This document shows positions 41,423 through 54,779 of a stretch of 64,000 nt of DNA, one piece after another. This DNA comes from an uncultured Clostridium sp. (GTDB lineage Bacteria; Bacillota; Clostridia; TANB77; CAG-508). A program made the position numbers and the translations under genes. The notes beneath the pieces were generated by a model. That model was not told where the DNA came from. It saw only the letters and a list, made by a program, of their open reading frames with translations, and did not search any database. The DNA lies in contig CAOKGO010000006.1 of the NCBI GenBank assembly GCA_948468045.1, positions 3,372-67,371 of the forward strand. Reading direction: 5' to 3'. The stretch's first letter is position 1. The number at the start of each line of letters is the position of its first letter.

Positions 41423-42695
41423 CTAAAACACCATTACTTTCTATTTGAATTTTAATTCCTTTTTCTTTTAAAAATTCATAAAATCTTTTTTCTATCCTAT
41501 TACTTTGTAAAACAGATGTAAAAGTAAATACCATTTTGTTTTCAAAAGTACAACTAGAACACTTTATTTTTTCTATTGGTTCTGGTGCAATCAACATCAA
41601 AAAGTAGTCAATATAATCTTTATATTTTCCTATCATACCAATTCTTCCAATATTTGAAAAAGTTGTTGTTGTATATTTTCTGATTTCCATATAGCTTATG
41701 CGAACAAGTGCTTTTTTTATAGCCAAAGGAATTGTTCTAATAAATGGATTAATTCCTATTTTTACATTTGTTGACATTGTTTTTATTATTTCTTCTTCTG
41801 TCAATTTTTGGTTAAAATCTTTTTTTACAAAATGCAACATCTTTTCAAATGTATCTAATTTATCTTTTTTCATTTGTGCCTCAACTGTAATATAAGAAAA
41901 GAAATTAGACATTGTCTTAGATTGAAAATATTTTTTCAAATTAACAGGTATACATATCTTTATAGGCCTTTTTCCTTTTGCTTTAATATAATTTTCTTGA
42001 TAAATACTGTACATTAAAACAGCAGTCAAATATTGGGTTATAGTAGCCCCATTCTTTTTGCTTTCTGTTTTTAATGCCTCTAAATCCATAATCTCATGAA
42101 TTGTACTAATTGCCCCTAATTTTATCTTCTTTCCATTTAAAATAAAAGCTTTATTCCCTGAAGCATTAGATTTTGCCTTTTTATCATAATTCTTCATATA
42201 GCTATCTTCAGTATCATACTCTATTTTTCTAAGCTTTCTTTCCTCTTCACTTAGTATTTTGGGATGCATCAACTCTAAATAACTATAAATAATCTCCTTA
42301 AAAAAAGTAGTACCACTATTACCATCTGTCAAAGAATGAAAAATATCAATATTAATCTTATTTTTAAAATAAGTAACTTTAAATAAATAATCATTATTAC
42401 GTCTGCTATCAATATATTGACAAGGATAATCTTGTTCTTCTTCCACAATAGGAGCCTTTGGATTATGCTCTAAATAATACCAAAAAAATCCTGACTTCAT
42501 CCTCACCTTAAAAAACTCGTACTTTTGTAAAGCTTGCTTTACAGCCTCTTCTAACACTTTAGGCTCTACACTTTCTTTTAATACAACAGATAAGCGAAAT
42601 ATTGTACTATACTTTTTACCTGTTGACATAGGAAAAATCTTTGCCGAATTATCTAATCTTCTCCAACTTAACTTATTAACTTTTTTACTCTTCAT
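41409..42695 (-). CDS. Condensation/WS-DGAT-like acyltransferase domain protein (HxxxDG motif)
   Basis: 428 aa; IFHSLTDGNSG resembles the HHxxxDG acyltransferase motif. Confidence 0.45.
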   Translation of the reverse strand: MKSKKVNKLSWRRLDNSAKIFPMSTGKKYSTIFRLSVVLKESVEPKVLEEAVKQALQKYEFFKVRMKSGFFWYYLEHNPKAPIVEEEQDYPCQYIDSRRNNDYLFKVTYFKNKINIDIFHSLTDGNSGTTFFKEIIYSYLELMHPKILSEEERKLRKIEYDTEDSYMKNYDKKAKSNASGNKAFILNGKKIKLGAISTIHEIMDLEALKTESKKNGATITQYLTAVLMYSIYQENYIKAKGKRPIKICIPVNLKKYFQSKTMSNFFSYITVEAQMKKDKLDTFEKMLHFVKKDFNQKLTEEEIIKTMSTNVKIGINPFIRTIPLAIKKALVRISYMEIRKYTTTTFSNIGRIGMIGKYKDYIDYFLMLIAPEPIEKIKCSSCTFENKMVFTFTSVLQSNRIEKRFYEFLKEKGIKIQIESNGVLDDIS

Positions 42696-42714
42696 AAAAA
42701 ACCTCTCTTTATTT

Positions 42715-42788
42715 GGGCATAATTGGGACAGGCACTGAATAGCCCTTTTTTCACTTTGGGCATATCTGGGACAGGCACTGAATAGCCC
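42715..42788 (+). repeat. Family C tandem direct repeat (2 units)
   Basis: gggcataattgggacaggcactgaatagccc ... gggcatatctgggacaggcactgaatagccc. Confidence 0.75.
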
Positions 42789-42823
42789 AAATGATTTTTT
42801 AGGGAATGGTTCTCGTTTTTCTC

Positions 42824-43678
42824 TTAGTTCAAAATCTGCTCTATGATGTCTTTGTAGCCTTTTTCTATTAGTTCTTGACTACTGTTTTTTTCTATTATCC
42901 ATATATGATTTGCTTGTTCATATTCTTTTATGGTTATTTCATTTTCTACATTTTCTTTTTCTGCTTTTTCTTTTAGTTTGTGCACATCCGGATTTAATAT
43001 GTCATATGTTCCTGTTAATATGATTATATTTTTTAATTTTGATAACTCTCCATCTATTGGATTTACTAAATGATTATCAATCCCATCTTCTCCTGCATAG
43101 GCCACCCCTGCTATTTTTAATGTGTCTTTATTTAGATATTTGTCATTTTTTTGAACTTCATCTATTTTTGGATTTGTTAGTCTTACATCTAACCATGGTG
43201 ATATAAGGATTGTTTTTGCTGGCATTTCTAAATTTTCTTGTCCAATTTTTTCTTCTAATGCTAATCCTAACCCTGCTCCTGCTGAATCTCCCATTAATAT
43301 TAAATTTTTGGTATCTACTTTTTCTATTATTTCTTTGTATAGTGGTACTACCATTTTGAATACATCTTTATATGTATATTTGGGTGTTAATGGATAATCT
43401 GGTAAAATAACTGTTGCTCCTGTGTCATTTGCTAATTTCTCTACAAATTCCCAATGTTTCCTTGTTGCTTCTGCTACATAAGAACCACCATGGAAATACA
43501 ATATTTTGATATTGGTTTTTTCTTTGTTTTTTGGTGTTATTATAAATATGTTTCTTCCCATAAATTGCTCTGTTGTAATTTTACAGTTTTTTTCTATTTC
43601 TTTTGGTACTTTGCTTTGTATATCTACTATCATGTAATATGCAATAATTGACAATGCTATTGCTATTAAGATTAACAA
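42824..43678 (-). CDS. Alpha/beta hydrolase (esterase/lipase, HGG-type)
   Basis: FHGGSYV oxyanion motif and GDSAGAGL nucleophile elbow. Confidence 0.75.
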   Translation of the reverse strand: MLILIAIALSIIAYYMIVDIQSKVPKEIEKNCKITTEQFMGRNIFIITPKNKEKTNIKILYFHGGSYVAEATRKHWEFVEKLANDTGATVILPDYPLTPKYTYKDVFKMVVPLYKEIIEKVDTKNLILMGDSAGAGLGLALEEKIGQENLEMPAKTILISPWLDVRLTNPKIDEVQKNDKYLNKDTLKIAGVAYAGEDGIDNHLVNPIDGELSKLKNIIILTGTYDILNPDVHKLKEKAEKENVENEITIKEYEQANHIWIIEKNSSQELIEKGYKDIIEQILN

Positions 43679-43799
43679 TATACCGTATAATTATTTTTAT
43701 TAGCTTTAATTTCATTTTTTCCCTCTTAAAATTTACTTTTTTGCAATTATATTATAAATATATAATTTTTTCAAGTACACTTCTGAATAACACTAATAC

Positions 43800-43960
43800 A
43801 ACAATACAAAAGAGGCATGATAAAAATTTTTAACCTTTTAGATTGCTTTACATGCCTCGTCTTTGTTCGCCTGCCAAATTTGCTTTTGCAAATTTGTGTA
43901 GAATGTTTTTTGTTGTATCGGAAAATCTTTGATTTTTCCTATACAACAAAAAAACATAAC
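43800..43960 (+). repeat. Family A element, type II (H1 variant + tgccaaatttgcttttgcaaatttg + H2-II hairpin)
   Basis: gaggcatga...catgcctc stem; ttgtatcggaaaatctttgatttttcctatacaa hairpin. Confidence 0.75.
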
Positions 43961-43985
43961 CACCCATAAAACGAGTGATTATGTT

Positions 43986-44878
43986 TTATTTTATTTTTAA
44001 TGCACAGAAGTGTCCAAATACTTGGTTTGTATTAAGTGACCATACACCTAAACTAACTGTTTTGGTTTGTCCTTTATCTACTGAAACAAAAGCAGTTGGA
44101 TTTACTCTTTTTGTAGTTTTAGAAGTATTTGTTGCTCCTGAACTAAAATTTACATTATCAAAATATACATCTATATAGTTTTCACTTTGTGTTTCATCTA
44201 TAACCATTCCAAACAAAATATACTTTCCGTTCTGTTAAATTCAAAGAGCATATAGTAGCAGTATTCTTTGCTGTTGCAGTTATGGTATTATGTGTGGTTT
44301 GTGTTTCACCAACTGTTTCAGCAATTGATTTTATATTATCTATTGAATCTTGTAAATTAGTAACTGTATTAGACAAATCATCCACTTTTACTGATAATTT
44401 ATCAACTTTTTCTTGTAAAATAGCTACTTGGTCATTATCAGTTTCGGTTTTTACCCCATCTATACTTGCTAATTGTAATTTGCTATTTATTTCAAATTCA
44501 TAAGGATATTGTTTCAATTTTGTAAAAATTGATGTAGCTTCTCCTACTTCTATTTTATCCAAACTTGCTTGTTCCTTTTTTGTGATAACATATTCTATTT
44601 CATCTTCTTTATCTTCACATAGCCCATCTGCTAATTCTTGTAAAGATGGCATTTTTTGTTTCTTTGCATATGCTTCTATCTGTATGTTTGTTATTTTTAA
44701 ATTGATAATTTCAGTTGCTGTTTTTTCACTTGTATTATCTTTTGCCTCTTTTGTTTTATTTAATATTCCATTTTCTCCGAGAAATAGTTGCAATTGCAAC
44801 CCCTGCTAAAATTAACAAAATTACTATTGTTATAACTAATGCAATTAGTGTTATCCCTTTTATATTTTTCTTCGCCAT
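43986..44878 (-). CDS. Pilin-like protein with a prepilin-type N-terminus; two CGGA +1 sites (44776-44779 and 44226-44229) join three ORF pieces
   Basis: MAKKNIKGITLIALVITIVILLILAGVAIATIS, then tct-CGG-aga, then +1 ENGILNKTKEAK...LNLTE, then gaa-CGG-aaa, then +1 KYILFGMVIDETQSENYIDVYF...FCALKIK*. Confidence 0.55.
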
Positions 44879-45069
44879 TTTTTCCTCCATATTTTTCATT
44901 AGTTTTTCCTATTATTGTTTTTTTATACTTTATAACTTTTTGTATATGTTTTTATTTTATAACAGAATAATATATTATATGTAATTTAATGTCAAGTAAT
45001 TATTTATTTTTTTATTATATTTCAAAACATTATTTATGTTAATATGTTGAGAATATTTTTAAATTATAA

Positions 45070-45205
45070 TTGAAAATTCTTAACCTTTTAGATAACTTTT
45101 AATTCCTTGTCTTTGTTTGTCTGCCAATTTTGCTTTTGCAAATTTGTGTAGAATATATTTTTGTGTATAGGTAAAATCTTCGATTTTTACTATACAATAA
45201 AATAA
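45070..45205 (+). repeat. Family A element, type II, 5'-degenerate
   Basis: ctgccaattttgcttttgcaaatttgtgtagaat plus a hairpin gtataggtaaaatcttcgatttttactatac. Confidence 0.65.
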
Positions 45206-45248
45206 GCATAACCAATAATTTTTCTTATTTTGGTTATGCCATATATTT

Positions 45249-46406
45249 TTAACCAAACAATCCACGTTTTTTCACTGGTGGTTGTTCATTCATTGTTTTT
45301 GCTAATTGCATTAATAAATCCCTTTGTTCTTTTGTTAGTTTTTTTGGAGTTTGAATAGTTACAGTAAATACAAAATCTCCTACACTACTTGAATTTATTG
45401 ATTTAAATCCTTTATTTTTAATAGTAAATTTTGAACCTGTTTGAGTTCCATCTGGAATTTTATATTTCTCTTTAGAGCCATCTACCATTGGTATTTCTAA
45501 TTCAGCACCTAAAGTTGCTTGTGTAATAGTAATTGGTATTTCGCATAAAACATTATTTCCTTTTCTTGTAAAGATGCTATGCCTTTTAATACGAACTGTT
45601 ATATATAAATCTCCTTTTGGTCCACCTCTTTCTCCTGGTTCGCCCTCTCCTCTTAATACTACTGTTTGATTATCATCAATTCCAGCTGGGATTTTAACTT
45701 TAATTTTAGGTTGCTTTCTTACTGTTCCTTTGCCATGACAAGTCTCACATGGCTCTTTAATAATTTCTCCTGTACCATGACATGAATTACAAGTTCTTCT
45801 TGTTTGCATTTGACCTAAAATTGTATTTTGTACTTGTGTTACTTGACCTGTTCCATTACACTGAGGACATTTCATTTTAGAAGTTCCAGGTTTTGCTCCA
45901 CTTCCATTACAAATTTCACAAGTATCATCTCTTGTAATTATTACTTCTTTTTCCACTCCTAAAAATGCTTGCTCAAACGTAATGTCCATGTTCAAATTTA
46001 GGTCATTACCTTTTCTAGGACCACTTTGTCTTCTTGATGAATTTCTTCCACCAAATCCACCACCAAAGAAAGAAGAAAAAATGTCTCCTAAATCTCCGAA
46101 GTCGCCAAAGTCAGAGCTACTATATGAATAGTAGCCACCTTGACCACCAAATGGTCCACCTGCTCCTCCAAATCCTTGTGGGTCAGTAGTTCCAAATTGG
46201 TCATACATTCTTCTTTTTTGCGGGTCAGATAGGTTTTCATAGGCTTCATTGACTTCTTTGAATTTCGCTTCTGCTTCTGCTTTATTATCTAAATTAGCAT
46301 CTGGATGATATTTTTTTGCAAGTTTTCGATAAGCTTTTTTTAGCTCATCATCTGTTGCATTTTTATTAACTCCTAGCACTTCATAATAATCTCTTTTGGT
46401 TGCCAT
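45249..46406 (-). CDS. dnaJ: Chaperone DnaJ
   Basis: J-domain (HPD), G/F-rich region, four CxxCxGxG zinc motifs. Confidence 0.9.
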   Translation of the reverse strand: MATKRDYYEVLGVNKNATDDELKKAYRKLAKKYHPDANLDNKAEAEAKFKEVNEAYENLSDPQKRRMYDQFGTTDPQGFGGAGGPFGGQGGYYSYSSSDFGDFGDLGDIFSSFFGGGFGGRNSSRRQSGPRKGNDLNLNMDITFEQAFLGVEKEVIITRDDTCEICNGSGAKPGTSKMKCPQCNGTGQVTQVQNTILGQMQTRRTCNSCHGTGEIIKEPCETCHGKGTVRKQPKIKVKIPAGIDDNQTVVLRGEGEPGERGGPKGDLYITVRIKRHSIFTRKGNNVLCEIPITITQATLGAELEIPMVDGSKEKYKIPDGTQTGSKFTIKNKGFKSINSSSVGDFVFTVTIQTPKKLTKEQRDLLMQLAKTMNEQPPVKKRGLFG

Positions 46407-46431
46407 TGTTTTTCCTTTCTTTCTGAAAACG

Positions 46432-48664
<2,233 letters not shown>

Positions 48665-48846
48665 CTATTTTATTTTTATACTTAATGGCATTTTCCGTCC
48701 AAATTGCCATCTTAAAAATTAATAACAATTGTATACTATTTTTCTTCATCATGAATCTTATCTTTTAATGTTCCATACTTTTCTTTCATATGTTTTGTTA
48801 CTTTATCAACTGGTGTTGTTATTTCATATTGTTCTATATCTTTGTT

Positions 48847-49344
48847 TTAGTTGGCTACAACAACCATAGAGTGACGCACAACTCTCGAACCTATTTTATA
48901 TCCTTTTCTATATTCTTGTACTATCTCTTTTTCACCTTTTGTATCATCTTGAACACTACTAACTGCCTCATGAAGTTCAGGATCAAAAGTTTCCCCAACA
49001 GTCTTTATTTCTTCTACACCTTTAGATTTTAATACATCTTGAAATTGTTTTAATACAAGTTCTATTCCTTTTTTATATTCTTCATCTCCTGTTTGAACTT
49101 TAACTGCATTTTCTAAATTATCCAATACTGGTAAAATAACTTCAACCACATCTGAAAGAATAGAATTATAAAGTCCATCTCTTTCTTTACTACTTCTTTT
49201 TTTAAAATTTTCAAACTCTGCTAAAATCCTTTTGTACCTGTCTTCTAAGTCTTCAAAATCCTGTTTTGGTACTACATCTTTGCAATTTTCGCCATTTGTA
49301 GTTTCTTCCATTTCTTCTACTTTTTCTTTGTTTTCCTCTTCCAT
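48847..49344 (-). CDS. grpE: Nucleotide exchange factor GrpE
   Basis: RILAEFENFKKR, and the C-terminus ...GYKIGSRVVRHSMVVVA. Confidence 0.9.
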   Translation of the reverse strand: MEEENKEKVEEMEETTNGENCKDVVPKQDFEDLEDRYKRILAEFENFKKRSSKERDGLYNSILSDVVEVILPVLDNLENAVKVQTGDEEYKKGIELVLKQFQDVLKSKGVEEIKTVGETFDPELHEAVSSVQDDTKGEKEIVQEYRKGYKIGSRVVRHSMVVVAN

Positions 49345-49383
49345 TACTTCCTCCTTACAAATTATTTAGGTTTTCAAATAACC

Positions 49384-50389
49384 TTAATTATCATTTAGTT
49401 TTTTGTTAATATATTTCATAACAGATATTACTTTTGAATAATCCATCCTTTTTGGTCCAATAATTCCAATTGTTCCTAATTCTTTGCCATTTACTTTGTG
49501 TTTAAAAGTAACTACGCTAAAATCTTTTAATTCTTGTTTTTCGTTTTCCTCTCCTATGTAAACATTGATGTCTTCAGCAAACCCAGTGTTTAACATATCT
49601 GCTACTAATTCTTTTGTATCTAATATGTTTACAAAATTTTTGGCTACCTCTAAACTATTGAATTCTGGCAAATCAAAAGATTTATTAGTTCCCTCTAAAT
49701 AGATTTTGTTATCTTCTTCTAATACTTTTTTAATTTGCTCTATAATAGGTTTTATAACATTAACACTATAAGTCATTTCATCATATAAATATTCTTCTAA
49801 AGGTCTGTCTATTGTTTCAATTGGTTGATTTTTTAATTTGTTGTTAAACATATAGTTCATTGTTTCTACTTGTTTTTCGCTAATGTCTTCATCAAATTTT
49901 ATGATGGTTTCTTTGATTAGTCCGACTGTCTGTTAAAATAACTGCCATCATCATTCTTGTGCCTAGTAATACAAACTTTATTTCTTCAATTAATTGTGTT
50001 TTTGTTTTTGGACCTATTGATACTGTTGTATAATGTGTTACTTCTGATATGGTATTTGCTGTTATTTTTGTTAAATCTTCTATTTCATTTACTTTTGTTT
50101 CTAACTTAGAACTAATATATTTTATTTCTTCTAAGCTTATGTCTTTGTCATTTATAAGTTCATCTACATAGTATCTATATCCTTTGGCTGATGGTATTCT
50201 TCCACTTGAGGTATGAGTTTTATCTAAAAAACCATTTTTTTCTAGTTCAGACATCTCGTTCCTGATGGTTGCACTACTACATTGTAATCCATGATTTTCT
50301 GTTAGTGCATTTGAACTTACTGGCTCTGCAGTGCTTATATATTCTTCTACAATGGCTTGCAAAACTCGCTTTTTTCTTTCATCTAACAA
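49384..50389 (-). CDS. hrcA: Heat-inducible repressor HrcA; CGGA +1 site at 49921-49924. Start assigned to the TTG with an AGGTG RBS; the ORF-track GTG at 50410 lies inside CIRCE.
   Basis: The N-terminal LDERKKRVLQAIVEEYISTAEPVSSNAL... runs to ...LTDS, then agt-CGG-act, then +1 LIKETIIKF...GTIGIIGPKRMDYSKVISVMKYI, the conserved HrcA C-terminus. Confidence 0.9.
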
Positions 50390-50403
50390 CTTTTTCACCT
50401 CTT

Positions 50404-50480
50404 TTAGCACTCTTTTAGTTCGATTGCTAACTGCTTATATATTATACCCGTTTTTAGCACTTGTCAATAGATAGTGCTAA
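50404..50480 (-). promoter_or_regulatory. Two CIRCE operators (HrcA binding sites) upstream of hrcA
   Basis: TTAGCACTC-N9-GATTGCTAA (50404-50430) and TTAGCACTT-N9-TAGTGCTAA (50454-50480). Confidence 0.85.
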
Positions 50481-50566
50481 TTTTTATTGTGAATTTTTTG
50501 TGAACACTATTAATCATGGTTAAAATCTTGTTATGCCTTTAAATTATTAATTATAAGTATTCTCAA

Positions 50567-51439
50567 TTATTTTATTACTGCTAAAACTGTTGTACATACA
50601 ACAATTCCTGCTATCATAATATATTTTTTCCAAGTAACTTTTTCTTTCAAAATAAATCTTGATGCCAAAATTGTTACTACTATACCACTTGTTTCTATAA
50701 CTGATATAACAGAAATATTACCATCTAACATTGAAAATCTATTGAATATAGATGATGAAGAATCTAATAAAGATTGCACTATAAAATACTTTTTATTATT
50801 CATTTTTCTAATATCAATATAATTCCAATTTTTTGTTATCAAACAATATATTAGTACACCTATAATAATTATTACAGCATAATTAAAAATCACATATAAC
50901 GGATTTTCAAAATGTGTAACATATATCTTGTTTAAAAAATTAGATGTTCCATTAAATAATAAAAATCCATAAGAAAATAAAATTGCTTTCCTTTCTGATT
51001 TCTTATCTATTGTTGTGCTATTTTTTTCTTTTCCTTTTGCTACTAATATAGATAGAATTACTAATATTGCTGAAACCACTACTTGTAATGCAGTACAGTC
51101 TTCTTTTAAAATAATAATTCCTAATAAAAATGTAACAACAACTTTTGCTTTTTGTATTGACGTTGTGATAGCTACTTTTCCATATTTAGTTGATGCAATA
51201 AAACAATAAAATCCAATAGATTGCAAAATAACTCCTGGCAACATTTTTACAATATCTAACAAATTGAATTTTATTATGAATGATGGACATATAATTAAAC
51301 TTGTAATTAGCATAATTGAATGATATGAAATAAGTCCCATAATTGCTATTCTTTTGGGGTCATTATTTGAACATTTTTTCATTGCTATTGCTGTAAATCC
51401 ATTAACAACTGTAGATAAAATACACCAATATAACCACAT
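50567..51439 (-). CDS. EamA/DMT-family transporter
   Basis: 290 aa, about 10 TM helices in two repeats. Confidence 0.65.
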   Translation of the reverse strand: MWLYWCILSTVVNGFTAIAMKKCSNNDPKRIAIMGLISYHSIMLITSLIICPSFIIKFNLLDIVKMLPGVILQSIGFYCFIASTKYGKVAITTSIQKAKVVVTFLLGIIILKEDCTALQVVVSAILVILSILVAKGKEKNSTTIDKKSERKAILFSYGFLLFNGTSNFLNKIYVTHFENPLYVIFNYAVIIIIGVLIYCLITKNWNYIDIRKMNNKKYFIVQSLLDSSSSIFNRFSMLDGNISVISVIETSGIVVTILASRFILKEKVTWKKYIMIAGIVVCTTVLAVIK

Positions 51440-51458
51440 TTTTTTACTCCTTTTATTG

Positions 51459-51893
51459 CTATAATATTTTTACAAATGCTTTATCTCTGTTTTCATCATA
51501 TCCTAGTTTTCTATATAATTCATGTGCTGGAAACCTAGAAAATCTACTAAATAACCATATCTTACCCTTTTTCATTTTTTCTTTTACTAATTTTTCTGCT
51601 TCTTTCATTAGCTTAGTTCCAATCCCTTGTCTTCTGTATCTTTCTTCTACTAAAAAATTCCATATCATTGCTTCTTTTCCTGTTGGTATATCAAGGATAT
51701 AAACTGTTACACTTCCTACTATTTCATCATTTATATAATAACCTAATATATAAATATCTCTGTCTTTAATTTTTTCAAAAGATTTTTTATAATCTTTTTT
51801 GTCTAAATCTTTATTAAAAACATCTCTATATAATTCAAATAAAGTCTCAAAATCTCTTTCTTCTACTTCTTTTACTACTTCATTTCTTTCCAT
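51459..51893 (-). CDS. GNAT family N-acetyltransferase
   Basis: RRQGIGTKLMKEAE acetyl-CoA binding motif. Confidence 0.8.
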   Translation of the reverse strand: MERNEVVKEVEERDFETLFELYRDVFNKDLDKKDYKKSFEKIKDRDIYILGYYINDEIVGSVTVYILDIPTGKEAMIWNFLVEERYRRQGIGTKLMKEAEKLVKEKMKKGKIWLFSRFSRFPAHELYRKLGYDENRDKAFVKIL

Positions 51894-52011
51894 TGATTTT
51901 TCTCCTATTACAAAATTTCTGTATACATTCTAACATAAAAATCAAAAAAGTAAAACGAATAATTTTTATTTTTATGGTTACATTAAAAGAAAGTCAAAGG
52001 AGGATTTATTT

Positions 52012-52440
52012 ATGGATAGTCCAGGATATATTTTAAACGAAATTAACAAAGGAATAAAAATGGGAATGGATTCTATTTCTAATGTTTCAGAAAAAGTACA
52101 AGACGATAACTTTAAACAAGATTTAAAATTTCAATATGATAAATACAATGACATTTTAAATAAAGTTAATAATGAATTATCAAAATATGATGATTTTCCA
52201 AAAGAATTGAACCCAATGCAAAAAACTATGGGTTGGATGAGTGTTGAATTTAACACAATAGATGATAAAAGTAATTCTAAAATTGCAGAAATGATGCTAC
52301 AAGGTACAAATATGGGAATTATTAAAGGTGTCAAATTACTAAATCACAATCCAAATACAGATGAACCTATTAAAAATATTTTAACTGAATTTGTTCAGTT
52401 TCAAGAAAACACTGTCGAACAACTAAAAAAATATTTGTAG
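52012..52440 (+). CDS. Hypothetical protein
   Basis: 142-aa ORF; the stop TAG overlaps the family-D palindrome. Confidence 0.45.
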   Translation: MDSPGYILNEINKGIKMGMDSISNVSEKVQDDNFKQDLKFQYDKYNDILNKVNNELSKYDDFPKELNPMQKTMGWMSVEFNTIDDKSNSKIAEMMLQGTNMGIIKGVKLLNHNPNTDEPIKNILTEFVQFQENTVEQLKKYL

Positions 52441-52464
52441 GATTTGGGGCCGTCCCCAAATCCT
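52439..52464. repeat. Family D palindrome acting as a bidirectional terminator-like hairpin between convergent genes
   Basis: aggatttggggccgtccccaaatcct. Confidence 0.75.
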
Positions 52465-52467
52465 AGT

Positions 52468-54009
52468 TTAAATTCTCACATCTTCTCTCATATATGATAC
52501 TCTATTTAGTAGTCTTTCATATTGTTCCATTGAATTTTCTTTAAATTCTTCTATATTTTTTATTCTCTCATTATATTTTAAATTAAAATAGTTTATTGCT
52601 TGATTTATGCAATTTTTTGACACATTATAATGTCCTAAGTCAACTAAATTAAATAAATCTCTCCAGTCTTCCTTTGATACCTTATTGTTTTCTATATATT
52701 CATTAAAAATTGTATAGTTTGAGTTATTATATAATTTAATGATTTCATTTTTTTCTAATTTTATAACATCTTGTAATTCTTGAGAAAGTTGATTTAAGTC
52801 ATTCTTTTCTAAAATCCCCTCTTCTAAATAATCTTTTATAACTCTAATTGCATAATATAATACCGAATTTCTTTCTTCCATTAAAGAAGCACATGAATAA
52901 TCTCTAATATTAATAGCTTTTGATTTTAAAACTGCTAATGGATTTACCTCTTTAAAAATATTTTCTCTATATTTATATCCTTTATCTATAAATGAATAAG
53001 AAATTATATTATTAAAAGAACGCTCAATAACATCATTATAGCTGTGTTTATAAATATTATTTAAGTCATATGTTTGTTCATTACACCATGTAGAAACATT
53101 TCCATTATAACTAATCAAAAAATCCAAACCATATATGTCTTTTTTGTTTTTTACTAATGATGGATTTCCAAAACAATTTAGATTAATATCATCTTCAAAA
53201 ATTTTTATAATATCCTTTAAATTAGACTGTCTTTTATTTAAGTCTACTTTTAAATTAGATAAAAATTTCTGAGCAAACCCAACTTTTACTTTCATTCCAT
53301 CTTCAAAAACAGCATCATATCTTTGATATCCAATTTTTAAAATTTCTTCATTGTCTGAAACTAATTTTCCCCTATTTTCTATTTTAAAATTCCCATATTT
53401 TTTTAATGTTTCCTCTAATGTACTATCTCCATTAATTCCATGCAATTGTAGTTCCATTTTTTTATCATTTCTATTTCTACTCATAATTTTTATAATATTA
53501 CAAATTGTATCTACTGATATTTTATTTCTATGCCATTTGTCTACACTAATTCTTAAAACAACTTGTATATCTTCTTTGCGTTTTTTTATAGTCTTATTTA
53601 TTTTATCTATCTTTTCTTCTGCCTCTTGGTAATCTTTTGCCCAATTTCCACTTGTAACTAGAATAATTCTATCTGTTCTTACTTTTTCTAAAATTTCTAT
53701 AATATAATCAAATCGATTAAATGGCTCTCCTCCACCTAATATTGATAAATATCCATTGTTAGATTGGTTTAAAAATTCAATTAGCTTTTCTAGTCCTGTA
53801 TGTGAAAGTTCATATTCTTTTATATTTTCTACTTTTTTTCTCCTTTTAGAACGAAAAAAGCAATGTGCACACTCTACATCACAAAATTTTGTCAAAAAAA
53901 CAAAAGCCATCGTTTTTCCTCTAAATACTTTTCTTTTGTCCTTTGTAATAGAAATATTATCTGAAATTTCAGAAATATATTTTAATGGTTCATTAAAAAT
54001 ATTTGTCAT
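52468..54009 (-). CDS. Radical SAM domain protein (CxxxCxxC), 513 aa
   Basis: FCDVECAHCF cluster motif and ILGGGEPF. Confidence 0.65.
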   Translation of the reverse strand: MTNIFNEPLKYISEISDNISITKDKRKVFRGKTMAFVFLTKFCDVECAHCFFRSKRRKKVENIKEYELSHTGLEKLIEFLNQSNNGYLSILGGGEPFNRFDYIIEILEKVRTDRIILVTSGNWAKDYQEAEEKIDKINKTIKKRKEDIQVVLRISVDKWHRNKISVDTICNIIKIMSRNRNDKKMELQLHGINGDSTLEETLKKYGNFKIENRGKLVSDNEEILKIGYQRYDAVFEDGMKVKVGFAQKFLSNLKVDLNKRQSNLKDIIKIFEDDINLNCFGNPSLVKNKKDIYGLDFLISYNGNVSTWCNEQTYDLNNIYKHSYNDVIERSFNNIISYSFIDKGYKYRENIFKEVNPLAVLKSKAINIRDYSCASLMEERNSVLYYAIRVIKDYLEEGILEKNDLNQLSQELQDVIKLEKNEIIKLYNNSNYTIFNEYIENNKVSKEDWRDLFNLVDLGHYNVSKNCINQAINYFNLKYNERIKNIEEFKENSMEQYERLLNRVSYMREDVRI

Positions 54010-54779
54010 TATCTTTCTTTCTCCTCCTTATCTCTTTTAAAAATACTATCTATCACCCTTTTATCATCAAAAGTATCCCAATCAATAAATTTGAACTTTT
54101 CTCCTACTAACATATATTCCAAAGATATTTCTGGTATTTTTATTCCTTTTAAAAACTGTAATAAGTTTTCTATTTTATCCCTATTATTTTCAATATTTTT
54201 TACAACACTAATAAAGTCGTCTAGCATTACTTGTTTATTATTTTCATTTATAATACTAACACAATCTAAGTTATATCTTCTGTTCCAGCCTTCTCTACTT
54301 GCTCTTATATAATTTATTTTTAACATTACATGATAACGTTCAATATCTCTATGATTTATACTCCAAACTTGTTCTATAATATGCTCTGGGTTGGAATTAT
54401 ATTCTAAACCTGTATTTAATAATATTCTTCCAACAACATGATTTACTCCTTCTTTTTTCTTCTTTTCAAAACACCAAATCTCAGAAAAAGAACCTTTTTT
54501 GTTCTTTATAAATTCTGAAATTCCAGATAAATCTTCTTTATTTTTAACTATATAATTTGGTAATTTAAAAAATTCTTTTTTAGGAATTAAAGACACAATA
54601 TATGCACTTGGCAAATTTTGTTTTGTAAGATTTTTTTCTAAATATTTTGACATTTCTAAAATTTCTTCTTTTTGATACCTTTTTACTTCATTTTCTAATT
54701 CATCTTGTGTTTTAAATCCAAATTCGACTAATATACGATGTTTTTTCCACTTATTAGGTTCTTGTTTCATTTTTACCAC
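54009..54779 (-). CDS. Hypothetical protein (co-oriented with the radical SAM and NUDIX genes)
   Basis: 256-aa ORF. Confidence 0.45.
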   Translation of the reverse strand: MVKMKQEPNKWKKHRILVEFGFKTQDELENEVKRYQKEEILEMSKYLEKNLTKQNLPSAYIVSLIPKKEFFKLPNYIVKNKEDLSGISEFIKNKKGSFSEIWCFEKKKKEGVNHVVGRILLNTGLEYNSNPEHIIEQVWSINHRDIERYHVMLKINYIRASREGWNRRYNLDCVSIINENNKQVMLDDFISVVKNIENNRDKIENLLQFLKGIKIPEISLEYMLVGEKFKFIDWDTFDDKRVIDSIFKRDKEEKER

